This document shows positions 9,291 through 18,380 of a DNA stretch of 64,000 bases, piece after piece. The position numbers were made by a program, and so were the translations under genes. The first letter of the stretch is position 1; every line of letters starts with the position of its first letter. This stretch comes from Rhodospirillales bacterium. GTDB taxonomy: Bacteria; Pseudomonadota; Alphaproteobacteria; Rhodospirillales; UBA2165. Under the pieces are notes generated by a model, which was not told the origin of the DNA, made no database searches, and was given only the letters and a program-made list of their open reading frames with translations. The stretch lies in contig JAPPFK010000140.1 of assembly GCA_028823885.1 (NCBI GenBank), positions 394 through 64,393 on the forward strand, in the 5' to 3' direction.

Positions 9291-9941
9291 ATGGCCGGAA
9301 AATTCATCACACTCGAAGGCGGTGAGGGGGCGGGCAAGTCCACTCAGGCGCCGCGGCTTGCCGCCCACTTGGAAAGCGCGGGTCATACCGTGTGCATTAC
9401 CCGCGAGCCGGGCGGGGCGCCCGGCGCCGAGGCCATTCGGGAGCTGCTGGTAACCGGCGATCCCGGGCGTTGGGACGCCGCGGCCGAAACGCTTTTGCAT
9501 TACGCCGCGCGCCGAAACCACCTCACGGACACCATACGGCCGGCATTGGCCCGCGGAGAATGGGTGGTCTGTGACCGGTTTGCCGATTCGACCCTGGCCT
9601 ACCAGGGGTATGTCGGCGGCGTGGACAAGGATTTTATTTCGGAGATTCATGCCCAGGTGGCCGGTGATTTGACCCCTGATCTCACGCTGATCCTGGATCT
9701 GCCGCCGGAGGCGGGACTGGCCCGCGCTCAGGCCCGTTCTCAGGCCCGTTCTCAGGCCCGGGGTGAGGGCGAGGACCGTTACGAACGGATGGGGTTGGAT
9801 TTTCATCGGCGGCTCCGGGCGGCGTTCCTGGAGATCGCCGCCAACGAGCCGGAACGCTGCATGGTCGTCGACGCCGACGGCGATATGGAGACCGTTGCCG
9901 CGCGGATCAAGAGCGCCGTCGAGGACAGGCTGGAAATCTGA
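9291..9941 (+). CDS. tmk: Thymidylate kinase
   Basis: EGGEGAGKST P-loop, TREPGG, DRF and STLAYQG motifs. Confidence 0.96.
   Translation: MAGKFITLEGGEGAGKSTQAPRLAAHLESAGHTVCITREPGGAPGAEAIRELLVTGDPGRWDAAAETLLHYAARRNHLTDTIRPALARGEWVVCDRFADSTLAYQGYVGGVDKDFISEIHAQVAGDLTPDLTLILDLPPEAGLARAQARSQARSQARGEGEDRYERMGLDFHRRLRAAFLEIAANEPERCMVVDADGDMETVAARIKSAVEDRLEI
9727..9762 (+). repeat. 12-bp tandem repeat (CTCAGGCCCGTT) x3, in frame inside tmk
   Basis: Units at 9727, 9739 and 9751; the third ends GG. Encodes QARSQARSQARG. Confidence 0.9.
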
Positions 9942-10972
9942 TGGCCGACGAAGAGGAACCCGTTCCCGAACCCCGGGAAACCCATATTCTCCTCGGTCAG
10001 GCGGAGGCTGAGCGCGAGTTTCTGCACGCTTTCGATACCGGCCGTCCGGCGCACGCCTGGCTGATCACCGGCCGCCAAGGAATTGGCAAGGCGACGCTCG
10101 CCTTTCGTCTCGCCCGGACCATCCTGTCCGGTGAGGCGCCCGACGCCCATGATCCCGAGGCCGCGCTTTTCCGGCGGGTCGCGTCGGGCGGACACGCCGA
10201 TCTCCTGGTCGTCGAGCGGGCGGTCGTTGAGCGGGACAAGGACGAGAATCCGGTCAAGCGCCGGGCCGAGATTACCGTCGACGATGTCCGGGGCGTCCGC
10301 GAGTTCCTTTCCAAGACCCCGGCCGAGGGCGGTTGGCGGGTGGTGGTCATCGACAGCGCGGATCAGATGAACACCAACGCGGCCAACGCCGTTTTGAAGA
10401 TTCTCGAGGAGCCGCCGTCCCGTGCAATGTTGCTGTTGCTGGCCCACAATCCGGGCCGCTTGCTGCCGACCATCATCTCCCGCTGCCGCCGGCTGCCGGC
10501 CAAGCCCCTGGGCGAGGAAGATCTGGTCGAACTGCTGGTCCGGCTGCGCCCGGAGATGAGCATCGAGGACCAGCAAATCCTGGTGCAAACCGCCGACGGC
10601 AGTATCGGCCGCGCGCTCGGCTATTCGAAGGGGGGCGGGTTGGGCCTCTATCGCGACGCGGTCGCCTTGTTGGAAAACCTGCCGGGCCTCGACGTGGCGG
10701 GTGTCCACAAATTGGCCGACGGCGTTGCCCGGGACAAAACCGGCGAGGCCTTCCAGACCGTCGGCGACCTCATGCGATGGTGGGTTCACCGAACCATCGA
10801 CGGCCAGGTTCGCGGTTCCGTTTCGGCTTCCGCCGCCGGTCTTGATCGCTGGTTTGAGGTATGGGAAAAGAACAACCGCTTGTTCGAGCGGGCCGACAGC
10901 GTGAACCTCGACCATAAACAAGTGATATTGAACGCCTTTGCGGCCATTGACGCCGCCCATTCATCATCGTAG
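9941..10972 (+). CDS. holB: DNA polymerase III subunit delta'
   Basis: [39 protein letters not shown] and LLPTIISRC motifs; follows tmk. Confidence 0.93.
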   Translation: MADEEEPVPEPRETHILLGQAEAEREFLHAFDTGRPAHAWLITGRQGIGKATLAFRLARTILSGEAPDAHDPEAALFRRVASGGHADLLVVERAVVERDKDENPVKRRAEITVDDVRGVREFLSKTPAEGGWRVVVIDSADQMNTNAANAVLKILEEPPSRAMLLLLAHNPGRLLPTIISRCRRLPAKPLGEEDLVELLVRLRPEMSIEDQQILVQTADGSIGRALGYSKGGGLGLYRDAVALLENLPGLDVAGVHKLADGVARDKTGEAFQTVGDLMRWWVHRTIDGQVRGSVSASAAGLDRWFEVWEKNNRLFERADSVNLDHKQVILNAFAAIDAAHSSS

Positions 10973-11010
10973 AGACCCTCGGGCCCACTGGCCTTTCCGG
11001 GAGAATATTC

Positions 11011-12564
11011 GTGGCCGACAAGACGCCCTATTACATCACCACGGCGATAGCCTACGTCAACGGGCCGCCCCACCTCGGGCATGCCTATGAGGCGATCTCG
11101 ACGGACGTGATGGCGCGCTTCAAGCGTCTGGACGGATATGACGTGCATTTCCTGACCGGCACCGACGAGCACGGCCAGAAGGTCGAGAAATCGGCCATCG
11201 CGGCGGGCAAGGACACAAAGAGCTTCTGCGATGAAATCGCCGGCGCCGTCCGGGACATGGACGCCATGCTCAACGTCTCCAACGATGATTTCATCCGCAC
11301 CACCGAGCCCCGGCACTATGCGGCAAGCCAGGGGATCTGGAAGCTGCTGGACGATGCGGGCGACATCTATCTCGGCAAGTACGAGGGCTGGTATTCGGTG
11401 CGCGACGAGGCCTATTTCGACGAGAGCGAACTGACCGACGGGCCGGACGGCAAACTGGCGCCCTCGGGCGCGCCGGTCGAGTGGGTGGAGGAGCCCAGCT
11501 ACTTCTTTAAGCTTTCGGAATATACCCAGCCCCTGTTGGACCATTACGAGGCCAATCCGGACTTCATTCTGCCCGCGACGCGCCGCAACGAGGTGGTGAG
11601 CTTCGTCAGCCAGGGGCTGCGCGATCTCTCCATATCGCGGACCACGTTCAAGTGGGGCGTGCCGGTGCCGGGCGACGCAGACCACATCATGTATGTGTGG
11701 CTGGATGCGCTGACCAACTACATCACCGGTCTGGGTTTCCCGGGCCGGGACGGGATGTTCGCCACCCACTGGCCGGCGGACCTGCACGTCATCGGCAAGG
11801 ATATCGTCCGCTTCCACGCGGTCTATTGGCCGGCGTTCCTGATGAGCGCCGGAATCCCCCTGCCGAAGCGGGTGTTCGGGCACGGCTTCCTCAATATCGA
11901 GGGGGAGAAAATGTCCAAGTCCCTCGGCAACGTGCTGTCGCCCGATGCCCTGGTCGGCGAGTTCGGTCTCGACCAGATCCGCTATTTCCTGCTTCGCGAG
12001 GTGCCCTACGGCAACGACGGCTCGTTCTCGCGCGAAGGCATCATTCAGCGGATCAACAGCGATCTCGCCAACGATCTCGGCAATCTCGCCCAGCGGGTGC
12101 TGTCGATGATCAACAACTACTGCGATGCGGCGGTGCCGGCGCCCGGCGAGTTCACCGGCGAGGATCGGGCCCTGCTGGAGCAGGCCCACGGTGCGCTGGA
12201 AGCGGCACGGTCTCATTTCGAGGTGCAGGCCTTCCATGAGGCGCTCGAGGTCATATGGAAGATCGTCCGGGCGGCCAACGCCTATGTGGACCGTCAGGCG
12301 CCCTGGGAACTCAGAAAGACCGATCCGGAACGGATGGCGACCGTGCTCTACGTGCTGGCCGAGGTGATCCGGCATCTGGGTATCCTGTGTCAGCCGTACA
12401 TGCCGGATTCCTCGGCACGTCTGCTGGACCAACTGGAGATTGCCGCGGACAAGCGGGATTTCGCCGCCTTGGGCCCGGATGACGCGCTCGCCGCCGGTAC
12501 CGCGTTGCCCAAACCGTCGGGTATTTTCCCGCGCTACGTCGAAGAGGCCGCGAAGGCCGGGTAG
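11011..12564 (+). CDS. metG: Methionine--tRNA ligase (short form)
   Basis: GTG start; HLGH (HIGH), [23 protein letters not shown] and KMSKS motifs. Confidence 0.97.
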   Translation: MADKTPYYITTAIAYVNGPPHLGHAYEAISTDVMARFKRLDGYDVHFLTGTDEHGQKVEKSAIAAGKDTKSFCDEIAGAVRDMDAMLNVSNDDFIRTTEPRHYAASQGIWKLLDDAGDIYLGKYEGWYSVRDEAYFDESELTDGPDGKLAPSGAPVEWVEEPSYFFKLSEYTQPLLDHYEANPDFILPATRRNEVVSFVSQGLRDLSISRTTFKWGVPVPGDADHIMYVWLDALTNYITGLGFPGRDGMFATHWPADLHVIGKDIVRFHAVYWPAFLMSAGIPLPKRVFGHGFLNIEGEKMSKSLGNVLSPDALVGEFGLDQIRYFLLREVPYGNDGSFSREGIIQRINSDLANDLGNLAQRVLSMINNYCDAAVPAPGEFTGEDRALLEQAHGALEAARSHFEVQAFHEALEVIWKIVRAANAYVDRQAPWELRKTDPERMATVLYVLAEVIRHLGILCQPYMPDSSARLLDQLEIAADKRDFAALGPDDALAAGTALPKPSGIFPRYVEEAAKAG

Positions 12565-12572
12565 GGGGCTTC

Positions 12573-13349
12573 ATGCTCGTCGACAGCCATTGCCATCTGG
12601 ACTATCCCGACTTCGCCGAAGAACTGCCCGCCGTGCTTGAGCGCGCCAAGGCCGCCGGCGTCGGGCATATGGTGACCATCTGCACCCAATTGTCCAAGTT
12701 CGACGGGGTCAAGGCGGTCGCCGAGGCCCACGACAACATCTACTGCTCGGTCGGTATTCATCCCCATGACGCCGGAAAAGAGCCTCGAACCACGGTTCGG
12801 GAACTGGTCGAACTGACCGGCCACCCGAAAGTGGTGGGCATCGGCGAAACCGGGCTCGATTTCTACTATGACAACAGCCCCCGGGACGACCAGGAAGCCA
12901 GCTTCCGCATTCATATCGGGGCTGCCCGGGAAACCGGCCTGCCGCTGATCATTCACACCCGGGACGCCGACGACAAGACCATCGAAATCCTCGACCAGGA
13001 GCAGGAAAAGGGTGCGTTTCCGGGCCTTATCCACTGTTTTTCGGTGGGCCGCGGGGTTGCCGAGGCGGCCATCCGGCACGGCATGTACATCTCGCTGTCG
13101 GGCATCCTGACGTTCAAGAACTCGGACGAACTGCGGGATATCGTCAAGGATCTGCCCCTCGACCGGTTGCTGGTCGAAACCGATGCGCCGTTCCTGGCGC
13201 CGGTGCCCAAACGCGGCAAGCGCAACGAGCCGTCCTTCGTCCGGCATACGGCCGAATTTGCGGCGGATTTGCTGGGAATTCCGTTTGCCGAGCTGGAACG
13301 AGCGACCACGGACAACTTCTTCCGGCTGTTTTCCAAAGCGGCGGCCTGA
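12573..13349 (+). CDS. tatD: TatD family nuclease
   Basis: DSHCHL, GIHP, IGETGLD, IIHTR and ETDAPFL motifs. Confidence 0.93.
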   Translation: MLVDSHCHLDYPDFAEELPAVLERAKAAGVGHMVTICTQLSKFDGVKAVAEAHDNIYCSVGIHPHDAGKEPRTTVRELVELTGHPKVVGIGETGLDFYYDNSPRDDQEASFRIHIGAARETGLPLIIHTRDADDKTIEILDQEQEKGAFPGLIHCFSVGRGVAEAAIRHGMYISLSGILTFKNSDELRDIVKDLPLDRLLVETDAPFLAPVPKRGKRNEPSFVRHTAEFAADLLGIPFAELERATTDNFFRLFSKAAA

Positions 13350-13360
13350 GGCGCAATTCC

Positions 13361-14140
13361 GTGCGGGTCACCATTCTCGGCGCCGGCAGTTCAGGCGGAA
13401 CGCCGCTGATCGGCGTCGGCTGGGGCGATTGCGCTCCGGAAAACCCCAGAAACCGCCGGACGCGGCCCTCCATCCTCATCGAACAGGACGAAACGGTCAT
13501 TCTGGTGGATACGTCGCCGGATTTGCGGGAGCAGTTGCTCCGCGCGGATGTTCAGCGCCTGGATGCGGTTCTCTATACCCACGCCCATGCCGACCATCTG
13601 CACGGGATTGACGATCTGCGGGCCATCAATCGGGCCCACAGCACCGATATTCCCATCTATCTGGACGCACCGACGCTGCGCGAAATCGAGACCCGGTTCG
13701 GCTACGTGCTCACGCCGCTGCCGGACGGCACGGATTTCTATTTCAAGCCCGTCCTGGCGCCCAATTTGATTCGCGCCGGCGATACATTCGCCGTCAACGG
13801 GATCGAAATCACGTGTTTCGACCAGGATCACGGCGTGGCCGGCCGGACCCTCGGGTTTCGGATCGGCGGCTTTGCATACACCACGGACGCGGTCGAACTG
13901 CCGGATGAGGCTTTCGATGCCTTAAGGGGTCTCGATACCTGGGTGGTCGGCGCGCTGGGCAGCGCTGAGCATCCGACCCATGCCCACGTGGACAAGGCGG
14001 TCGCGTGGATCGAACGGGCAGGGCCGCGCTGCGGCGTCATCAGCCACATGTCACACCGCCTGGATTACGCCAAATTGGCGGCATCATTGCCGCCGAATAT
14101 CGAGCCGGCCTATGACGGGATGGTGCTTGAAATAAGCTAG
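13361..14140 (+). CDS. MBL-fold metallo-hydrolase (PhnP/YcfJ-like)
   Basis: GTG start; THAHADHLHGIDD motif, DQDHG, YTTD, HPTHAH; conserved metG-tatD-MBL order. Confidence 0.9.
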   Translation: MRVTILGAGSSGGTPLIGVGWGDCAPENPRNRRTRPSILIEQDETVILVDTSPDLREQLLRADVQRLDAVLYTHAHADHLHGIDDLRAINRAHSTDIPIYLDAPTLREIETRFGYVLTPLPDGTDFYFKPVLAPNLIRAGDTFAVNGIEITCFDQDHGVAGRTLGFRIGGFAYTTDAVELPDEAFDALRGLDTWVVGALGSAEHPTHAHVDKAVAWIERAGPRCGVISHMSHRLDYAKLAASLPPNIEPAYDGMVLEIS

Positions 14141-14216
14141 AACAATTCCTTATTTATCGCCGTAACGACGATAATCAACCCATTGATAATTAATAAGTTT
14201 AAGATTTGTCGCATAT

Positions 14217-14244
14217 AAAATACATAATATATATTATGCGACAA
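14217..14244 (-). other. dif: dif-like XerCD chromosome dimer resolution site
   Basis: Minus strand reads TTGTCGCATAA-TATATA-TTATGTATTTT, 19/28 identical to E. coli dif (GGTGCGCATAATGTATATTATGTTAAAT) and 18/19 over positions 5-23. It is intergenic and AT-rich, and KOPS polarity flips around it. Confidence 0.85.
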
Positions 14245-14583
14245 TTGGGTGTGGGTTGATGCGGCACATCAGGTCCGGGCCGGTCGGGCAAGGGTCTCTC
14301 CCCCGGCGGTTCGCGGCAAAATGCCAGGAAGCCGGGATCGGCGTTGATCGCGCCTTTCGATCGAGTTCACTAGGCTGGAATCCGGGAAAAATTCCCAAAA
14401 ATGCCGCACTCTCCCGAGGTCCAGCGGCATTGAAGGACTTTCCTCGAAAGTACTGGTATTTTGCCCGGTAAACCGGCGCAGCCCGGGTTTGTGCCCCGAT
14501 ATTTCGTGTCACGCGGACGCGGGCTTGCCCGGCGCCGGGATTGATGTACTAAGGGGGTTGGCTCTCGCACAGGAATTGTTCCC

Positions 14584-15384
14584 ATGACCGAACACACGAT
14601 AGATCGCCTCAAATGGATTATGGCCCGGCTGCGTGACCCGGAGACCGGCTGCCCATGGGATGTGGAGCAGAACTTCGCCTCCATCGCGCCCTACACCATC
14701 GAAGAGGCATATGAGGTGGCGGACGCGATCGAGGCAGGCGATATGGAGGCCTTGAAGGACGAACTCGGCGATTTGCTGTTGCAGGTGATTTTTCATTCCC
14801 AGATGGCCGATGAGCGGCGGGTCTTCGACTTCGACGACGTAACGGAGACCATTTCCGACAAAATGGTCCGCCGGCACCCCCACGTGTTCGAAGATGAACA
14901 TGTGGGCGATGCCGAGGCGCAGACCCGGGCGTGGGAAGAAACCAAGGCCCGCGAGCGCAAGGCCAGGGCGGCCGACGATCCGGACCACAGCGCGCTTGAC
15001 GGCGTGGCCAAGGGTCTCCCTGCCCTGCTCCGCGCGCTCAAACTGCAGAAGCGGGCGGCGCGGGTCGGTTTCGACTGGCCCGGCGCGGAGGGAGCGCTGG
15101 CCAAACTTCGCGAGGAAATCGATGAGCTTTCGCAAGAGGTCCGCCGCCCGGGCGCCGACAAGGAGAAACTGGCCGACGAGCTGGGCGATGTCCTGTTTTC
15201 GGTGGTGAATCTGGCCCGAAAGCTGGGCATGGACCCCGAAGCGGCGCTGCGTCACGGCAACGCCAAATTCGAGCGCCGGTTCAGGATCATGGAGCGGCGG
15301 CTGAAATCGGCCGGCCGGGACCTGAACGGGGCCGGACTCGATGAAATGGAAGCCGAGTGGCGGCAGGCAAAGGCCGCCGAATAG
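14584..15384 (+). CDS. mazG: Nucleoside triphosphate pyrophosphohydrolase MazG
   Basis: LRDPETGCPWD, IEEAYEVADAI, ELGDLLLQV, RRHPHVF, and a second domain with ELGDVLF. Confidence 0.96.
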   Translation: MTEHTIDRLKWIMARLRDPETGCPWDVEQNFASIAPYTIEEAYEVADAIEAGDMEALKDELGDLLLQVIFHSQMADERRVFDFDDVTETISDKMVRRHPHVFEDEHVGDAEAQTRAWEETKARERKARAADDPDHSALDGVAKGLPALLRALKLQKRAARVGFDWPGAEGALAKLREEIDELSQEVRRPGADKEKLADELGDVLFSVVNLARKLGMDPEAALRHGNAKFERRFRIMERRLKSAGRDLNGAGLDEMEAEWRQAKAAE

Positions 15385-15454
15385 CGCGGAACCCCTCGCG
15401 CCCGGCGGATCGATTCCACCGACGATCCGGCTCCGGGGCTGGTTGCCTCCGGCC

Positions 15455-16270
15455 CTAGATCGCCTTCAGCAGCCGGTCGAGTTCGTTCCAGCCGGCGTTG
15501 TCCGGCGCCAGCAGAAGTCGCTCGTGCTGGATGCCCATGGGCCTGTACGCCGATCCGTCCTCGACAAACCGGCTGCAGCCGCCGGCTTCCCCGTGAATGA
15601 GAATGCCCGCGGCATGGTCCCAGGGCTTGAGCATGGCGTATTCGGCGAAATGGAGCCTGCCGAGGGCGAGGTCCATATATTCGCGGCCCGTGCATCCGTA
15701 TCGGGTAACGCGGGCGGGGACCGCACCGGGTTCGGCGGTTTCGCCGTGCCGGTGAAGGCGTTCCCGCCGCCGCTTGTTCATTGAGCCGGTCATGTTGCCG
15801 ACGGACGTGTCTTGCGGGATGCGGACTTGTCCCTCCCCGGTCCAGGCGCCCTCTCCCCTGGCCGCCATCAGCATCACATCGTTCAGCGGATCGTAGATCC
15901 ATCCGCGCACCGTTTCACCCTTGTCCGCGAGTGCGATGATCACGGCGAAACAATGAAGCCCATGGGCGAAGTTGCGGGTGCCGTCCAGCGGATCGACGAT
16001 CCACGCCGGGACATCTCCGGCGAGCCGGTCGAGCACCGCAAGGTCGGCGGAGACGGCTTCCTCGCCGACGACGACGGTCCCGGGCGCCATCCGGGAGAGC
16101 GCTTCCGTGAACCGCGCTTCGGATGCCAGATCCGCCGCTGTCACCAGTTCGCCGGACTGCTTGTCCGACAGATGATGGCTCTCGAGCCGGTTGAACAGCG
16201 GCATGATCTCGGCGGCGCAGACCTCGCGGATGAGGTCGGCCACCGTCTCGAAGGGCGGCAGGTCTGTCAT
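15455..16270 (-). CDS. Inositol monophosphatase family protein
   Basis: LVTAAD, GEE, IVDPLDGTRNF and WDHAAG motifs. Confidence 0.9.
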   Translation of the reverse strand: MTDLPPFETVADLIREVCAAEIMPLFNRLESHHLSDKQSGELVTAADLASEARFTEALSRMAPGTVVVGEEAVSADLAVLDRLAGDVPAWIVDPLDGTRNFAHGLHCFAVIIALADKGETVRGWIYDPLNDVMLMAARGEGAWTGEGQVRIPQDTSVGNMTGSMNKRRRERLHRHGETAEPGAVPARVTRYGCTGREYMDLALGRLHFAEYAMLKPWDHAAGILIHGEAGGCSRFVEDGSAYRPMGIQHERLLLAPDNAGWNELDRLLKAI

Positions 16271-16284
16271 CGTGGGGCCGCGCC

Positions 16285-16554
16285 TCAGGGGGCGTAGATT
16301 TCCCGGTCCTGGTGGTAAGCGTCGGTAAATGCCGAATGCAGCCGCGCCGCCTCGTCATTGAAGTCGGCGTGCTGCATCAGCGCCTTGGTCACGTAAACGG
16401 CGAAGGTGACGGCTTCGCCCTTGCCGCGCAGTCCGTGATCTTCGGAGAGCTCCGCCAGATATTCGTGGATTTGCTTGCGGGCCATGATGTTGAGTTGGCG
16501 CTTGACGAAGCGGTTCTTTCGCCGCCACTTGCGCTGGGCTTCGACGGTTGCCAT
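16285..16554 (-). CDS. Small hypothetical protein, possibly ribbon-helix-helix DNA-binding
   Basis: ATG preceded by GGAGG; 89 aa; basic N-terminus then a strand-helix-G-helix pattern (RQLNIMA / KQIHEYLAELSEDHG / GEAVTFAV). Confidence 0.7.
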   Translation of the reverse strand: MATVEAQRKWRRKNRFVKRQLNIMARKQIHEYLAELSEDHGLRGKGEAVTFAVYVTKALMQHADFNDEAARLHSAFTDAYHQDREIYAP

Positions 16555-16644
16555 GCAACCTCCTGTGGGTTCCTGACCTGGTGGATTATTTTCTACTAGT
16601 AGACTAACCCGAAATCGGCCCGATGCAAGCCGGGAATTCCAGGC

Positions 16645-17949
16645 TCAATCGCCGGTCCGCCGCTGTTCCAGCCTGTCCGCGTCGGACGGGTCCAGCCGCA
16701 CCGTCAATTCGACGCTGTCTTCGCCATCGGTCCGGCTGATCACCTCTCCCTTCTTGTAGAGCCAGGAAAGCGTCTTGCCGTCCGCCCACGGCAGGCGGAG
16801 GCTGACCTCCCGGCGTTGCGCCGACAGGGTGTCATCGAGGGTCCGGCGCAGGTCGTCGCACCCCTCCCCGGTCATCGCCGAGAGCAGAATAATCGGGTTG
16901 TTGCTCCGTACGGCGCGGTTGCCGAGCGCGGCCCGGCCCTCGTCGTCCAGGCGGTCCGCCTTGTTCAGGACCTCGACCAATGGCCGGTCGCTTTGTTCGC
17001 CGGCACCCAGATCATCCAGCACTTCGAGGACATCGTCCTTTTGCGCCTCGGTATCGGGGTGCACGATATCGCGGACATGGATCAGGATATCCGCTTCGGT
17101 GACTTCCTCCAGCGTGGCGCGGAAGGCGTCCACCAGCTCGTGCGGCAGGTCCGACACGAACCCCACCGTATCGGAAAGGATGGCCGCCCGGCCCGACGGC
17201 AGCACCATTTCCCGCATGGTCGGATCCAATGTGGCGAAGAGCCGGTCCTTCGATGCCACCTTTGCCGACGTGAGCGTGTTGAACAGGGTCGATTTGCCGG
17301 CGTTGGTATAGCCGACCAGCGCGATCACCGGGTACGGCACGCGCCGGCGCGATTCCCGGTGCAGCCCGCGGGTCCGGCGGACTTCGGCGAGGTCTTTCTT
17401 GAGGCGGGTGATTCGATCGTCGATCATCCGGCGGTCGGCCTCGATCTGGGTTTCGCCGGGACCGCCCATGAACCCGAACCCGCCCCGCTGGCGTTCCAAG
17501 TGGGTCCAGGAGCGAACCAGGCGGCTTCTCTGATAGCTGAGTGCCGCCAGTTCCACCTGCAACGTGCCTTCCCGGGTCCGCGCGCGGGCGCCGAAGATTT
17601 CAAGAATCAGGCCGGTGCGGTCGATGACCTTGCACGACCATGCCCGTTCCAGATTGCGCTGCTGACCCGGTGTCAGCGCGGCGTCGACTACCGCCACGTC
17701 GATGTGGTCGGCGCGCACCTGATCCCCGATCCGCTCGACGGTCCCCTTGCCGAACAGCGTCGACGGGCGGACCTTCGTCACACCGACGATTTCGGATGCC
17801 GCAACGATCAAATCGATGGCCTGGGCAAGGCCGACACACTCGTCCAGCCGTGCCTCGGGTGTCCGGGCCCGCGCCGGTCGCTCCTTCAGAAAAGGATGAA
17901 CAACCAGGCAACGGCCGCTGGCCGGTCGTTGCTCGTCGCCGGAACTCAG
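16645..17949 (-). CDS. hflX: Ribosome-associated GTPase HflX (probable CTG start at 17949)
   Basis: GYTNAGKS, LFATLDPT, DTVGF and NKAD motifs. The frame stays open upstream of the TTG at 17811 and encodes the conserved N-terminus (CLVVHP...EARLDECVGLAQAID). Confidence 0.93.
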   Translation of the reverse strand: MSSGDEQRPASGRCLVVHPFLKERPARARTPEARLDECVGLAQAIDLIVAASEIVGVTKVRPSTLFGKGTVERIGDQVRADHIDVAVVDAALTPGQQRNLERAWSCKVIDRTGLILEIFGARARTREGTLQVELAALSYQRSRLVRSWTHLERQRGGFGFMGGPGETQIEADRRMIDDRITRLKKDLAEVRRTRGLHRESRRRVPYPVIALVGYTNAGKSTLFNTLTSAKVASKDRLFATLDPTMREMVLPSGRAAILSDTVGFVSDLPHELVDAFRATLEEVTEADILIHVRDIVHPDTEAQKDDVLEVLDDLGAGEQSDRPLVEVLNKADRLDDEGRAALGNRAVRSNNPIILLSAMTGEGCDDLRRTLDDTLSAQRREVSLRLPWADGKTLSWLYKKGEVISRTDGEDSVELTVRLDPSDADRLEQRRTGD

Positions 17950-17955
17950 TCCTGA

Positions 17956-18246
17956 TTACTCCTCGGCGGGCGCCGACTCGGCGGGCGGTGCCGCGGCGGC
18001 GGCGCCCTCGTCGCGGTCGGCCTCGAACAGCTGGATCGGACCCGACGGCATGACTGTCGATATTGCGTGTTTGTAGACCAGCTGCGTGTGTCCGTCCCGG
18101 CGCAGGAGTACCGAGAAATTATCGAACCACGTAATAATGCCTTGCAGTTTCACGCCATTGACCAGAAATACGGTCACCGGTGTCTTGTTTTTGCGGACGT
18201 AGTTGAGGAACACGTCCTGCACATTTTGAGATTTTTCGGCCGCCAC
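17956..18246 (-). CDS. hfq: RNA chaperone Hfq
   Basis: GTG start; [27 protein letters not shown] and YKHAISTV motifs; acidic tail. Confidence 0.98.
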   Translation of the reverse strand: MAAEKSQNVQDVFLNYVRKNKTPVTVFLVNGVKLQGIITWFDNFSVLLRRDGHTQLVYKHAISTVMPSGPIQLFEADRDEGAAAAAPPAESAPAEE

Positions 18247-18380
18247 TTTTTTGCCCCCCTGATCTCAGACGTCAGATTACCGGGCTTCGCCGCTCAGACG
18301 GCAAGCTTCGCCCTTGTGGGCCAAAAGCCCACTTTCAGGCGCCTATCCTACACGACTCCCCCTTTGCGGGAAGCCCTTTC

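Noticed and set aside
6891-9806. 971-aa minus-strand ORF
   Set aside because: It is an antisense shadow of mltB-rlpA-dacA-tmk with no recognisable motifs. Long shadow ORFs are expected at this GC content; the same applies to 60770-62629, 23250-24833, 10786-12432 and others.
14190-14202. CtrA box near dif
   Set aside because: The spacing is TTAA-N5-TTAA rather than N7. The pair at 6041-6058 is N10.
14234-14684. Short ORFs (71-104 aa) in the phnP-mazG gap
   Set aside because: They have no RBS or motifs and overlap the dif island or mazG. The region is better explained as non-coding.
17811-17955. Frameshift or pseudogene in hflX
   Set aside because: The frame is continuous with conserved residues; only a canonical start codon is missing.
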